Source: Bradymonadales bacterium
Lineage (GTDB): Bacteria > Myxococcota_A > Bradymonadia > JAFGEP01
Length of the DNA: 64,000 nt
Assembly (NCBI GenBank): GCA_016931535.1
Contig: JAFGEP010000157.1
Span: 917-64,916 of the forward strand
Direction: 5' to 3'
Shown: positions 7,590 through 17,115 of the stretch, in pieces
How the letters are laid out: the number at the start of each line of letters is the position of its first letter
How positions within the stretch are numbered: position 1 is the stretch's first letter
Program-made: the position numbers and the translations under genes
The notes under the pieces: generated by a model
The model's input: the letters and a program-made list of their open reading frames with translations, nothing else
Databases searched by the model: none
What the model was told of the DNA's origin: nothing

Positions 7590-10565
7590 ATGTCTTTCAT
7601 GGACCGTGCTCGCGCGTTGTATCAACGCGGGGATGCAATCCGGGCAGCGTTTCTCTTGGCTGAGGGGATCAAGCGGTCTCCTGGCGAAGAGGAGGCGTTG
7701 CGCTGGTTTCTGCAGATCTACGTGGAAGACATCGACAGTCCGGGACTGGAGCAGGAGCTGATCCGTGTCCTGCAGACCCAGCCGGACGGCCAGCAACTGC
7801 TCGAGCTGGTCAGCTCCGAGTTGGCCGAACGGGGCCAAGAGGCCCGCCTGGGATTTCTGACCCGCGTGCGCCAACTGCAGAGGCCCAGTGTTGGGCACGG
7901 TTCCAGACGGTCGGTCCGCTCGCCGATGCAGACGGCAGGGAACGACGGTATGTTGCCCCTCGTGGCCCGGGTTCCCGCCGAGAGGAGCAAGCAGGCGCCG
8001 CCCGGTCCGACCGCCACCCCGAAGGTCGAGAGCATTCCCCGCCGAAGGCGCAAGACGCAATCTATGAAGGCAGCAGCCGCTGCCCAGGGGGTTCTGCCTC
8101 TGGAGAGCCCGGAGTCGGTCTCTCCCAAGAATGACTGGTCCGGCTTTGTGGGGCTGGCCCAAGGGACCAGGGAAGGAAGCATGTCGGAGCCTATCCGCCC
8201 CGACAGTGCGCGATCACCGGCTGTTAGTGGTCGGATGCGTACAATTCCACCGATCGAAGAACCGCTCGCCCGAACCCAGCGGGAGGATGCCCCTTCCGAG
8301 ATCGGGCGGTCGCCGGTTTCCGGCGACCAGCGCTGCCCCAACGCTGTCGAAGAGGGACCGCTTGCTCCGCTGACAAACAGCGGAGGAGCTGCCGCCGTAA
8401 AGGCTGCAGAGTCGAATGCGCCTCTCGGTGAGCGGGTCATCGGGCAGGAGCCGTCCCTGTTCGATGACCTGGAGCCGTCCGGGGTCGGGGTGGAAAAGGA
8501 CCTCGTCTTCTCCGATGCCATCCTGCCGATGGAGACCGAGGAGGTGTGGAGCCTGGGATCCCTGGAGTGCGTGGAGGTGGTAGGCGGGCCCCAAGGGGAG
8601 AAGCCGGTTCGGGTGCGCAGGAGACGGACTCGGACCCGGCGTTTCCGGGTAGCCCGGCTGGCTGCGGTGGTGCCGGTGGTGGGACGCACCCTGGTGGCGG
8701 GAGCACGTTTGGTGGCGGGGGGTAAGCGAGGGGTGCTGCTGTTGCTCCTGGTGGGACTGGTCGGTGCAGGCGGGGCCTGGTATCGGGCCTGCAGAGGGAC
8801 GGCGCTGGAGCAGATCGCTTTGGCCGATCAGGCGCTCGATCGGGCCGACGGAGCCTCGTTGCGGCAGGCGGTCGCGCTGTACCAGGAGTACTTGCCCTCT
8901 GGTCACTCCGTCGCCAGCGAACGGCTGGATTTCGGGCGTGCCTTGCTGGCTGCCGACTACGGAGAGCCGTGGGACGAGATAGAGTACGGCATGGAGGAGG
9001 CGCTGGGGGTGTACGGCCTGGCGACAGTTGCGCTACGGCAGCTGGCCTTTCCGGAGAGCGGTGCAGCCCACCTGACCGGCGAGGCTCTGGTGGAACGGTA
9101 CGGAGACCACTGGTTGGCCCACTGGACCGTGGGCCGGATCGCCCAGGTTTCCGGAGACTGGTCCGCTGCAGAGGGAGCGTATCGGCGGGCCCGAGAGCTG
9201 GAACCTCGGGCGGTGCTGCCGGTGTCCGGGATGGTAGAGCTCCACCTGTTTGTGGGGCAGGACGCGGCGGCAGAACCCTTTCTGGCCGTCCTGTCCGAGC
9301 TCAATTCCGAGGAGCCGCTGGTCGCGGTAGGACGCGCTGCGATCGCATGGGGGCTCGACCCCAGGCGTACGGCGGTGGGGGTGTCTGACGCCGGTCTGCC
9401 CGATCCCGGTGCGGAGAACCTGTCGATCAAGACCCGAGATCTGCTGTTCACCCTGCGGGCGCGCCAGGCGCTGGCGGCCCGTCGGATGGAGGAGGTGGCA
9501 GCGGCGATGCAGCAGCTTCACTCCCTGGAAGGGGAGAGGGTGAGCCTGCGGGTGGCATTGCTGGATGCACTGACCAAGGCCAGAGTCTACCGCCTGGACG
9601 AGGTGGTGATCGCGCTGGATCAGGTGGACGGCGTCACGGTGCCAGGGACCCCTGCAGTGGCAGTGGTCGAGGAGTTGTCTGCCGACATCTTTCTCGACCT
9701 GTCGCGGCCTGAACTGGCATTGGCCCGCATCTCGGAGGAACCCACCAGCGCCCGGATGGCCCTGCTGCGGGCCGAGCTACTGGTGGATGCAGGCCGCGAA
9801 ACGGAGGCGCTGCGTGTCCTGGGGCACCTCATGGAGCAACCGGCCACCCGGTCGGGGGCGTTGCGGATCCTGGTCGATTACCACCTTCGACGGGGGGCGC
9901 AGGGACGAGCCCGGTTGCGGGCCGGCGGACTGGAAAATCCAGCCGACCAGTCCTATGCCGCGGCGCGATTGGCCCTGGCCGAAGAGCAGTGGGAGCAGGC
10001 GCGCCAGCATGCCGAGACCGCCCTCAATGCCGATCCGTCCGACAAGGAGAGCCTGATGATCTGGGCCCAGGCGATGGCAAGGCTTGGGCAGGCGGAGCAT
10101 GCGATCGAGCGGATCGACGAGGCGGCGTCCAACGCCATCCTCCTGGGAGTGTTCGATCGGGCCAAGCTAGAGGTGATGGTGTTCTCCAACCGGGCGCCCA
10201 GGGAGACGGTCATCGAGTATCTTTCGTTGCTGGAGGCGACCCAACCGACATCGACTCGGACCCAGACAACGCTAGCCCTGGCCTACGAGTACATCGGTGA
10301 CCTTCCGAGGGCCCGCACCTTGGCGGAGGGGGTGCTGCGCCATGAACCCCATAACGGGTGCATACGATCCTTGCTGGAACGGCTCAATGACCAGGGCCAA
10401 CCGGAGGAGGCGACGCTGGGGCCGGATGGAGAACGTTGGAGTCCGACGATCCTCGGGGAGAGCGGTGTCGACTGGATCGCCTACTTGGAGGGGCGTCGCC
10501 TGGTCCGAAACGTCGTCGGCCCGACAACCGTCCCTGGCCAATCCAGGCGGCCGTCGGGCCGTTGA
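7590..10565 (+). CDS. Large hypothetical protein: cytoplasmic N-region, single TM helix, periplasmic TPR-like helical repeats
   Basis: 991 aa. One hydrophobic segment (VLLLLLVGLVGAGGAWY) near residue 370. The C-terminal ~600 aa are made of Ala/Leu/Arg/Glu-rich helical repeats. Codon usage matches its neighbours. Confidence 0.5.
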   Translation: MSFMDRARALYQRGDAIRAAFLLAEGIKRSPGEEEALRWFLQIYVEDIDSPGLEQELIRVLQTQPDGQQLLELVSSELAERGQEARLGFLTRVRQLQRPSVGHGSRRSVRSPMQTAGNDGMLPLVARVPAERSKQAPPGPTATPKVESIPRRRRKTQSMKAAAAAQGVLPLESPESVSPKNDWSGFVGLAQGTREGSMSEPIRPDSARSPAVSGRMRTIPPIEEPLARTQREDAPSEIGRSPVSGDQRCPNAVEEGPLAPLTNSGGAAAVKAAESNAPLGERVIGQEPSLFDDLEPSGVGVEKDLVFSDAILPMETEEVWSLGSLECVEVVGGPQGEKPVRVRRRRTRTRRFRVARLAAVVPVVGRTLVAGARLVAGGKRGVLLLLLVGLVGAGGAWYRACRGTALEQIALADQALDRADGASLRQAVALYQEYLPSGHSVASERLDFGRALLAADYGEPWDEIEYGMEEALGVYGLATVALRQLAFPESGAAHLTGEALVERYGDHWLAHWTVGRIAQVSGDWSAAEGAYRRARELEPRAVLPVSGMVELHLFVGQDAAAEPFLAVLSELNSEEPLVAVGRAAIAWGLDPRRTAVGVSDAGLPDPGAENLSIKTRDLLFTLRARQALAARRMEEVAAAMQQLHSLEGERVSLRVALLDALTKARVYRLDEVVIALDQVDGVTVPGTPAVAVVEELSADIFLDLSRPELALARISEEPTSARMALLRAELLVDAGRETEALRVLGHLMEQPATRSGALRILVDYHLRRGAQGRARLRAGGLENPADQSYAAARLALAEEQWEQARQHAETALNADPSDKESLMIWAQAMARLGQAEHAIERIDEAASNAILLGVFDRAKLEVMVFSNRAPRETVIEYLSLLEATQPTSTRTQTTLALAYEYIGDLPRARTLAEGVLRHEPHNGCIRSLLERLNDQGQPEEATLGPDGERWSPTILGESGVDWIAYLEGRRLVRNVVGPTTVPGQSRRPSGR

Positions 10566-10631
10566 CCCGTCCGTCGCGTTGCAGCAAATTGGACGTCGAG
10601 CGGTTCGGTTCTATTCACACAGTTGAGTCCG

Positions 10632-11324
10632 ATGTGCGGCCGATTCACCCTGTTCTCGCCCGTCGAGCTGATCAAGGAGATCTTTGGTTGTCCTGCGGCC
10701 GAAGCTCTGGTTCCCCGCTACAACATCGCTCCGACTCAACCGGTGGCCTGCGTTCGCGACCGGGAGAAGGGAGGGGGGCGCCAGCTGGTCTGGCTGCGTT
10801 GGGGGCTGGTCCCGCCGTGGGCCCAGGGGATCGAGATCGGATCTCGCCTGATCAACGCGCGCGCCGAGACGGTGGCCATCAAGCCGGCCTTTCGCAGCGC
10901 ATACAGACGCAGGCGCTGTCTGGTTCCGGCTGACGGCTTCTACGAGTGGGCCAAGCGCGGCGGTGGGACCAAGCAACCCTACTGGTTCTACCTGGTCGAC
11001 CGAAGGCCGTTCGCCCTGGCCGGCCTCTGGGAGATCTGGCAAGCAGGCGACCAGGGCTCTGTCGAGTCCTGTACCATCCTGACGACCGAGGCCAACGAGC
11101 TGGTTCGCTCGATTCATCCCCGCATGCCGGTCATCCTGCCTCCGGAGCGGTACGCCGCCTGGCTGGCCTCATCGCCGCCCTCAAGCGATCTGACCGAGGA
11201 GGTGCTCACCCCCTTTCCGGCCGATCGGATGGCGGCGCACGAGGTGGGGCTGTGGGTGAACAATCCGCGCAACGACGATCCGAGGTGCTGTGCGCCGCTC
11301 ACTTCTCTGCTCGATGGGGGGTAA
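10632..11324 (+). CDS. yedK: SOS-response-associated peptidase (SRAP, YedK/DUF159 family; abasic-site DNA-protein crosslink protein)
   Basis: Starts MCGRF, the catalytic Cys2 hallmark. Also has the conserved WGLVP and GFYEW motifs. About 230 aa. Confidence 0.85.
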   Translation: MCGRFTLFSPVELIKEIFGCPAAEALVPRYNIAPTQPVACVRDREKGGGRQLVWLRWGLVPPWAQGIEIGSRLINARAETVAIKPAFRSAYRRRRCLVPADGFYEWAKRGGGTKQPYWFYLVDRRPFALAGLWEIWQAGDQGSVESCTILTTEANELVRSIHPRMPVILPPERYAAWLASSPPSSDLTEEVLTPFPADRMAAHEVGLWVNNPRNDDPRCCAPLTSLLDGG

Positions 11325-11396
11325 AGGTCGGCCTCCACCCCGAGACCAAGAGGATGGGAGGTTGGAAAGCGGGGAAGAGGGGATCGGGAGGAAGAG

Positions 11397-11480
11397 TACC
11401 GGAGGTCGGACTCGAACCGACACGGTGTTGCCACCACTGGATTTTGAGTCCAGCGCGTCTGCCTATTTCGCCACTCCGGC
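11397..11480 (-). tRNA. tRNA-Leu (anticodon CAA), class II with a long variable arm
   Basis: Reverse complement reads GCCGGAGTGGCGAAATAGGCAGACGCGCTGGACTCAAAATCCAGTGGTGGCAACACCGTGTCGGTTCGAGTCCGACCTCCGGTA. It has a 7-bp acceptor stem, anticodon loop cTCAAaa, a GGTTCGAGTCC T-arm, and no encoded CCA. Confidence 0.85.
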
Positions 11481-11492
11481 CTGCACCAACTG

Positions 11493-11521
11493 GAGATACC
11501 CACAGTTGCCAAAACTGTCAA
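11493..11521 (-). promoter_or_regulatory. Sigma70-type promoter for tRNA-Leu (TTGACA, 17 nt, TATCTC)
   Basis: On the minus strand, TTGACA (complement of 11516-11521) and TATCTC (complement of 11493-11498) are separated by 17 nt. The tRNA 5' end at 11480 lies about 12 nt downstream. Confidence 0.5.
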
Positions 11522-11538
11522 GCGGGCACTTTGTGTCC

Positions 11539-11600
11539 AGGGGCCAGGATCGCCCCCTCCGGCGCTGCGCGCCACCTCCTCCAGGCTCCGCCTCGGGGGA
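11539..11600. repeat. Single copy of the same REP-like element seen at 3867..4085
   Basis: CAGGATCGCCCCCTCCGGCGCTGCGCGCCACCTCCTCCAGGCTCCGCCTCGGGGGAGGG is about 85% identical to the 3972..4027 unit. It sits between the stop of the 11604 gene and the tRNA promoter. Confidence 0.75.
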
Positions 11601-11603
11601 GGG

Positions 11604-13607
11604 CTACTGGCTGATCTTCAGCTCGAGTCCTCCCGGGTAGGCGTAGGAGACGTGGCAGGAGTAGCCGTAGGCGTCCAGTCCGAAGGGCTGATCGGCGGTG
11701 ACCCAGTGTGGGCCATCTTCCACCAGGACCCGGGCGACCGAGTAGGCGCCGTCAGCCATGGGGACGAAGAGATCGGGGGAGATCGGCTGGCCGTCGAGCC
11801 GCGCCGAGGGGACGGCCTCGGCCGGTAGGGCCAGGTTGAGATAGTCCTGCAGGTAGGCGAAGGGGGTGAGGACGAGGTAGTCCTTGCGGAACTGGTCGGT
11901 GGGGATGAGCTGGGTCATGGCAGGGTCGCCGATGCCGGTAGGCGGGCCGGTGTTGTCGTAGCACTCTCGCGGGATGCCGGTCCAGTTGGCGCCGACCATG
12001 TAGTGGGCTACGAGGATGGGGTGGTCGGCGATTATGCGGAAGTCGTCCCGGTAGGGGAACTCGATCCACTCGCCGGAGCCGAGGATGACGCCGTGCACCT
12101 CGGCGATCTCGGGGACGGTGGTCAGCGTGGTCGCACCGGAGACGGCGACCACGCGCCAGTAGTCCGGCTCACTGCGGGTGCCTGGAGGTACACGGGGCTG
12201 GAACTTGACGGCCAGGTACTCGTTGCGCAACAGGTCAACGGGGAGGAGCTGGGTTTCGATGTGATCGCAGCGGTCGACGCCCAGGATGACGTTGGCGCAC
12301 TCATGTCCGCCAAAGACCGCGATGGGTCCGCCGACGGACCAGATGTGGCTGCCGGTCAGGTCATCGCCCGCCCCGACGGTCTGCAAGGTGAGGGTCTGTC
12401 CCCAGTCCAGGCTCCAGGACCGATGCTCGCCAGGGGCCATGGGGGATTGACCATCGCCGACCAGGGCGTTGGTGCTGGATACGACATGGACCTCGATCGG
12501 ATCGTCGGCTACGGCGACAATCGAGACGAAACCGTTGAGGGGAGCGCTGGGGTGCTCCCGGTGTACCCAGGAGGCGGCGTAGTACTCGTTGGACAGGGCG
12601 TGGTCGGGAAGGAGGAGGGTGCCGTCGTTGGAGAACGGGTCGAGATCGTTGTCGAGGGGATTGAACTGGTGTGCGAGGAGGGGGACGGTGCTGGTGATGA
12701 ACCAGCTGTTATTGGTCACGCCCGGTTCGATCAGGCCCCGGTCGTTGGGGAAGCGGATGACCAGCTGTCCGCCTGCGGGGACGGTGGTGTCCTCGATCGA
12801 GAGCGACAGGCCCTCGGCATCCACCACGCTCACCTCGGCGGAGAAGTCGGCGGAGGGGTTGGAGAGGACCACGGTGTGCTCCATGGATTCGGCCTCTTCG
12901 TAGTTGTCCAGATCGACGGTCCAGTACTCGCATCCCATGTAGTTGCGGATCTTGCGGCTGATCTCGCAGAGCGGCTGGCAGGTGTCTTCGTAGCAGCCGG
13001 TGCCTGCGGCGCATTGCTCCTGCGGGGTGTACAGACCGGTGGACGGGTCGCAGGTGAGGATGACGTCGATGCCGTCGCAGCGATGGGAGCCGGGCAGGCA
13101 GGGGGGTTCGACACAACGGCCCTCCTCGCAGGTCCAGTACGGTGGGCACTGCTCGATCACCCAGGCGGTTCCACTGAAGTTACAGATGTCCAGGGCAGAT
13201 TCGCCGTAGCAGCCCCGGACCTCGTGGGGTTCGCAGATGATCTCCTGGCATTCGCCATCGAGACAGCCCAAGCCGGGTCCGCACTGGATCTGTTGGCGGG
13301 ACATGCCGTCCTGGCTGCACTCGAGATAGGTGGTGGCGCTCACGCAGACCCGGGAGCCGGGCTCGCAGAGGAGGCCGTCATCGAGGCCGGAGCCATCCAC
13401 GGGATCGAGTCCCGGCTGGTCCAGGGGACTGGTGTCGTCTCCTGTCTGGTCGGGCAGGTCATGGCCGACGTCGGAGGAGGGGCTGGAACAGCTCCAGGTG
13501 AGTGGGAAGGCGAGCGAGAGGAGGAGCACGAGATTCGATCCGGCCAAACCCAACCAACGGGGAGGGCTGGAAAGGAACCATGGGTTGGTCCTTTTTGGTT
13601 CGCACAT
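11604..13607 (-). CDS. Large Cys-rich secreted protein (putative lipoprotein, EGF-like Cys spacing in the N-terminal region)
   Basis: GGAGG RBS precedes the ATG at 13607. Signal peptide with LAFPLTWSC lipobox-like end. Many paired Cys over the first ~200 aa, then a large beta-rich domain. Confidence 0.55.
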   Translation of the reverse strand: MCEPKRTNPWFLSSPPRWLGLAGSNLVLLLSLAFPLTWSCSSPSSDVGHDLPDQTGDDTSPLDQPGLDPVDGSGLDDGLLCEPGSRVCVSATTYLECSQDGMSRQQIQCGPGLGCLDGECQEIICEPHEVRGCYGESALDICNFSGTAWVIEQCPPYWTCEEGRCVEPPCLPGSHRCDGIDVILTCDPSTGLYTPQEQCAAGTGCYEDTCQPLCEISRKIRNYMGCEYWTVDLDNYEEAESMEHTVVLSNPSADFSAEVSVVDAEGLSLSIEDTTVPAGGQLVIRFPNDRGLIEPGVTNNSWFITSTVPLLAHQFNPLDNDLDPFSNDGTLLLPDHALSNEYYAASWVHREHPSAPLNGFVSIVAVADDPIEVHVVSSTNALVGDGQSPMAPGEHRSWSLDWGQTLTLQTVGAGDDLTGSHIWSVGGPIAVFGGHECANVILGVDRCDHIETQLLPVDLLRNEYLAVKFQPRVPPGTRSEPDYWRVVAVSGATTLTTVPEIAEVHGVILGSGEWIEFPYRDDFRIIADHPILVAHYMVGANWTGIPRECYDNTGPPTGIGDPAMTQLIPTDQFRKDYLVLTPFAYLQDYLNLALPAEAVPSARLDGQPISPDLFVPMADGAYSVARVLVEDGPHWVTADQPFGLDAYGYSCHVSYAYPGGLELKISQ

Positions 13608-13668
13608 TGGCCCTCCGTTGCGTGGGAGATGGGGCAACGGAGATCGGCGTCGGGGATAGTGCATCGCT

Positions 13669-14799
13669 CTATTGGTCCAGCGTGAATGCGAGCCCGGAGA
13701 TCACCTGGAAGCCGGAGCCGGCCTGTCCAGCCAGGAACCACTCCAGTCGGGCCGGTAGCTCGTAGGTCATTGTAGCAAAAAACGAGCCGACGGTGTGGGA
13801 GAGGTTGGCGACCAGGGAATCAGGCCGTTGGATGTACCCCAGGTCAAGAACCAGGTTGTCAAGGATGCGGGCGTTCAGGTTGGCCTGGACGAGCAGGAGG
13901 CCGACGGTGTTGTTGGCGTTCAAGGGGGCGCTGCGGTCAAACCGGAAGCGGTACAGCTGGGTGCCGAAGCCAAGGCGGTTCTGGTACACCAGGCCGTCGA
14001 GATGGGCAAACAGGTCACCGAGGTCCAGGCTGACGCCGAGGGAGATGACCAGAGACTCATAGGCATAGCCCTGGTCGTCGAGGATCACCTCGTCCCCTTC
14101 CAGCCGGAGGTCAAAGAAAGAGTAGGGACGCCGCCCAAAGCCGAAGCGCAGCCCTACCGCCCCTCCGAGCGAGAGGAGGTCCTGGTCGAGCCCCACCCGG
14201 CCTCTGGGCTGAGCGAAGAGCCAGCCAAAGTCGATGTTGGCCTCCAGGGTCAGGGAGCTTCGCAAAGGTCCGCTGGCCTGGAAGAGGTGGGAGTAGCCGG
14301 CAGCCAGGCCGAGGCGGTCGAGAGCGGTGGCCCGCTCGGGCAAGGAGATGTCGGTTCCCTTGAAGGTCCCCAGGACATCCAGCAGCCAGGTGGTGAGAAA
14401 CAGGCTTCCGCCCAGCGCGAGCAAAGGACGGTAGACGTTCGAAAGACCCCCATCGGAGTCGGAAAGGGCCTGGGTCAGCAGACCGCCGGCGAACAGCCCC
14501 AGCCCAACACTTTCGCTGATCAGAAGGGTCGTGCCGGTGCGGGTGTCGCCGGCATAGAGATGACCCACGCCATGAACGACGGCGCCAACGGTGGTCGCCA
14601 GGATCCCGCCGATCACACTTCCTGACTGGCGTTCTGCCTCACCATACTGCCAGCCGGCCGCCTCCAGCTCCTCCTCGGACAACAGCCAGGGGGTTGCCTG
14701 GTCCGGATCGGCGGCCCGAACCGGAGGGGGATGCACGGCAGCCAGGAGGACCACCAGCAACAGGGAGGATAACGCGGTCGGCGTTCGTCGGCAGGTCAG
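13669..14799 (-). CDS. Hypothetical membrane / outer-membrane beta-rich protein (start uncertain)
   Basis: The protein-like part begins at the signal-like segment TALSSLLLVVLLAAVHPPPVRAADP. The upstream 168 codons of the ORF are Arg/Pro-rich and overlap the next gene. No in-frame ATG is close to the signal peptide, so a non-canonical start is assumed and the coordinate is approximate. Confidence 0.4.
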   Translation of the reverse strand: MTCRRTPTALSSLLLVVLLAAVHPPPVRAADPDQATPWLLSEEELEAAGWQYGEAERQSGSVIGGILATTVGAVVHGVGHLYAGDTRTGTTLLISESVGLGLFAGGLLTQALSDSDGGLSNVYRPLLALGGSLFLTTWLLDVLGTFKGTDISLPERATALDRLGLAAGYSHLFQASGPLRSSLTLEANIDFGWLFAQPRGRVGLDQDLLSLGGAVGLRFGFGRRPYSFFDLRLEGDEVILDDQGYAYESLVISLGVSLDLGDLFAHLDGLVYQNRLGFGTQLYRFRFDRSAPLNANNTVGLLLVQANLNARILDNLVLDLGYIQRPDSLVANLSHTVGSFFATMTYELPARLEWFLAGQAGSGFQVISGLAFTLDQ

Positions 14800-14945
14800 G
14801 GGGGGCGTTGGCCTGAGGGAGCCCCATCCACGGCGAGCGGGTGGCGAGGCGGCCGGCGACGTGGTGGATCTCCGGGTATGTCGTCCAGGGCGGGATGGAC
14901 AGGCGCCCCTCGGGTGGTGGGGTTGTCGAACTGGCGCATGGGATC

Positions 14946-16865
14946 TCATCGAGGCACGAACCCGCGGGAGGTGACACGGAGCAGGTGCGGAGGCTGTTGG
15001 TTGGTGTGGTCGAGACCGAAGTGGACCATGCCGGTGGCGCCATCTACCCCTTCCATCTGCTCGAGGGCGTCGCGGATGCGGTCTCGCGTGTGCAGACCGG
15101 TCTCGAGGAGAAGGAACCGCAACAGCCGCAGGGCGTCGTGGGCGAAGGCATCGGAGGCGAGGGGACGCCTGGCGAACAGGCGGGTGAACTCCTCGGCGAA
15201 CCGGAGGGCGGCAGGATGCCCGGTTTCCAGCGGGAGCCAGGCGGGAAACACGCTGCCCGAGAGGTAGTCGGGGCCGGAGGAGAGGAACTCCGGGTCGTGC
15301 CACAAGCTGTTTCCCAGCAAGAGCACCCGGCGACGCTCGGAGGACTGAAGCGGTCGGTCGGGCTCCCGCGACCAGATGTCTTGCACCCCCAAGTACGCCG
15401 TCAGAGTGAGGGCCCGCTGTCCGGTGTCGGCGATGAGCAGACCGTCGAAGGGACGGCCGGCCAGGATCTGCGAGATGGTCTGGGCCTCTCGCTGGAGGTC
15501 GTCGGTGGAGTACTGGAGCGGCTCGTCCACCTGAAAACCCGCGTCACAAGCCTGATCGGCAAATGAAGTGACCAGGGTATCCAGGTAGTCGGGGGTCGGC
15601 AGCGGGATCACCACCGCCAGATGCGCAAGCCCCTGTTCCTGGGCGAAGGTGGCCAGAAGCCTCGCTTCCAGGACGGGATCGGGAAAGAAGCGGAACAGAT
15701 AGGAACCGGGGACCCCCTCGATCGGATCGGGGGTCAAGGCGATGCACGGCAAGTGGCGCCGTTGGGCCTCGTCCAGGAGATCCGGCAGGAGGTGCGGTTC
15801 CACAAAGGCGATGACCGCCAGAGCACCCTGGCGGTCGAGCAGCGCGATCACCTCTCGGGCGGCTCGCCCATCGGGGCCGGCATCTCGGATGAGCAGCCGG
15901 GATGTGGGGGCCGATTTCTCCCGGAAGGCCTCCTGGGCCAGAAGAAGGCCGGCCATGACGGCGCGGCTCTCCCTCCGATAGGAACCGGTGAGGCTCAGGA
16001 TCGCCCCCACCAGGGCGGGGCTGGTAGATGCCGGTCCCGAAAGCCATTCTTCGACCTCCAGCAGGGCAGCGCGGGCATCGAGCATCTCCAGGCTACAGCG
16101 AACCTCCGGCAGAAGCGCTCGAGCCCTTTCCACCTGGCCCTCCTGGATGGCCAGTTCGAGGGTACGGAAGCCAGCCGCTGCCTGAACGAGGGGTTGGGTG
16201 TGATCGGCCGCCTCCCTGGTCTGATCGGGCGTCATCTGCCCGGCGACGGCAAAGACGCGTTCGAGAATCCAGGCCCGAGTCGGCTCGTCTAGGGCGGCCG
16301 GGGCCGAGAGGAGGTCATCGGCCAGGGTCAACGCCTCCAGGTGCTGAGGCCGCCGGCTTCTCGCGTCGAGGAGGAGCAGGCCGCCCGGTGTTCCATCCCC
16401 AGGGAGGAGCAGGGAATCGAGGTCCAGGGGCTGCACCGCCTCGCAGGTGTCGAGCAGCTGTCGAGCCTCGTCGAGCTCGCCTGCGGCGCTGGAGGCCCAG
16501 GCACCGTAGAGGCAAGCCCCCGTCCGCACGGCGAGGTTGTCGTTGGCCTGCAGCGGCAGGAGCAGACCCGTGGCCTGTCGATAGGAGCCGGTGCCGATCA
16601 GGGCCCTGCCCAGACAGATGTCGTCCAGGGGGTCGGTTGTGCCGGGTCGTTCCTGGGCGCCGCGCGTCATCAGGAGGTCCACCGCCTCCTGGAAGCGGTT
16701 GTCAGACATCAGATCCAGCGCCTGGGGGCAGGGGGCAGGGCGCCTGTCGGAGTCGATGGTCCGATCGATCCGTTCGGTCGGCTGGGGGCAAGCCATAAAA
16801 AGGAGGCTCAGCACAACCGGCAGCCACCAGGGGGCGAAGTGGACAGGGCGGGATGGGGGGGGCAT
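14946..16865 (-). CDS. Lipoprotein with N-terminal helical (TPR-like) region and C-terminal type-I periplasmic-binding-protein-like domain (LpoA/LppC-like)
   Basis: Signal peptide plus lipobox LLFMAC. The C-terminal half (AVIAFVEPHLLPDLLDEAQRRHLPCIALT) resembles the Leu/Ile/Val-binding-protein fold found in the PBP1A activator LpoA. Confidence 0.45.
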   Translation of the reverse strand: MPPPSRPVHFAPWWLPVVLSLLFMACPQPTERIDRTIDSDRRPAPCPQALDLMSDNRFQEAVDLLMTRGAQERPGTTDPLDDICLGRALIGTGSYRQATGLLLPLQANDNLAVRTGACLYGAWASSAAGELDEARQLLDTCEAVQPLDLDSLLLPGDGTPGGLLLLDARSRRPQHLEALTLADDLLSAPAALDEPTRAWILERVFAVAGQMTPDQTREAADHTQPLVQAAAGFRTLELAIQEGQVERARALLPEVRCSLEMLDARAALLEVEEWLSGPASTSPALVGAILSLTGSYRRESRAVMAGLLLAQEAFREKSAPTSRLLIRDAGPDGRAAREVIALLDRQGALAVIAFVEPHLLPDLLDEAQRRHLPCIALTPDPIEGVPGSYLFRFFPDPVLEARLLATFAQEQGLAHLAVVIPLPTPDYLDTLVTSFADQACDAGFQVDEPLQYSTDDLQREAQTISQILAGRPFDGLLIADTGQRALTLTAYLGVQDIWSREPDRPLQSSERRRVLLLGNSLWHDPEFLSSGPDYLSGSVFPAWLPLETGHPAALRFAEEFTRLFARRPLASDAFAHDALRLLRFLLLETGLHTRDRIRDALEQMEGVDGATGMVHFGLDHTNQQPPHLLRVTSRGFVPR

Positions 16866-17115
16866 GGCGGTGCGTTCTCCAGTGGGGCACCTGCGTTTCC
16901 TGCGGTCCGGTGCAACCGGATGATGGAGACCATAATAGGGAGGGGCGGTCGGTGAGTCTATCGGGTCGTTGGAGGTTGCCGGTCCCGGGGGTCGACCGGC
17001 GGCCCTGGGCCTTCTGGCGGGAAGGGATGACAGGGTTGGGCAAAGGAACTATACAAGGTGCCGAGAGGTCTAAGGGGGGTGGTTGGAGGTCATCAACAAC
17101 AGCAGGAGCAGGCCG

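Noticed and set aside
11325-11603. Genomic island or integrative element at tRNA-Leu
   Set aside because: No integrase, no repeat of the tRNA 3' end, and flanking genes (SRAP, Cys-rich secreted protein) have the same composition as the rest of the window.
14800-15303. 168-codon N-terminal extension of ORF 13669..15303
   Set aside because: It is Arg/Pro-rich with no protein-like pattern and overlaps the 3' end of the upstream lipoprotein gene. The real gene most likely starts near the signal-peptide segment around 14799.
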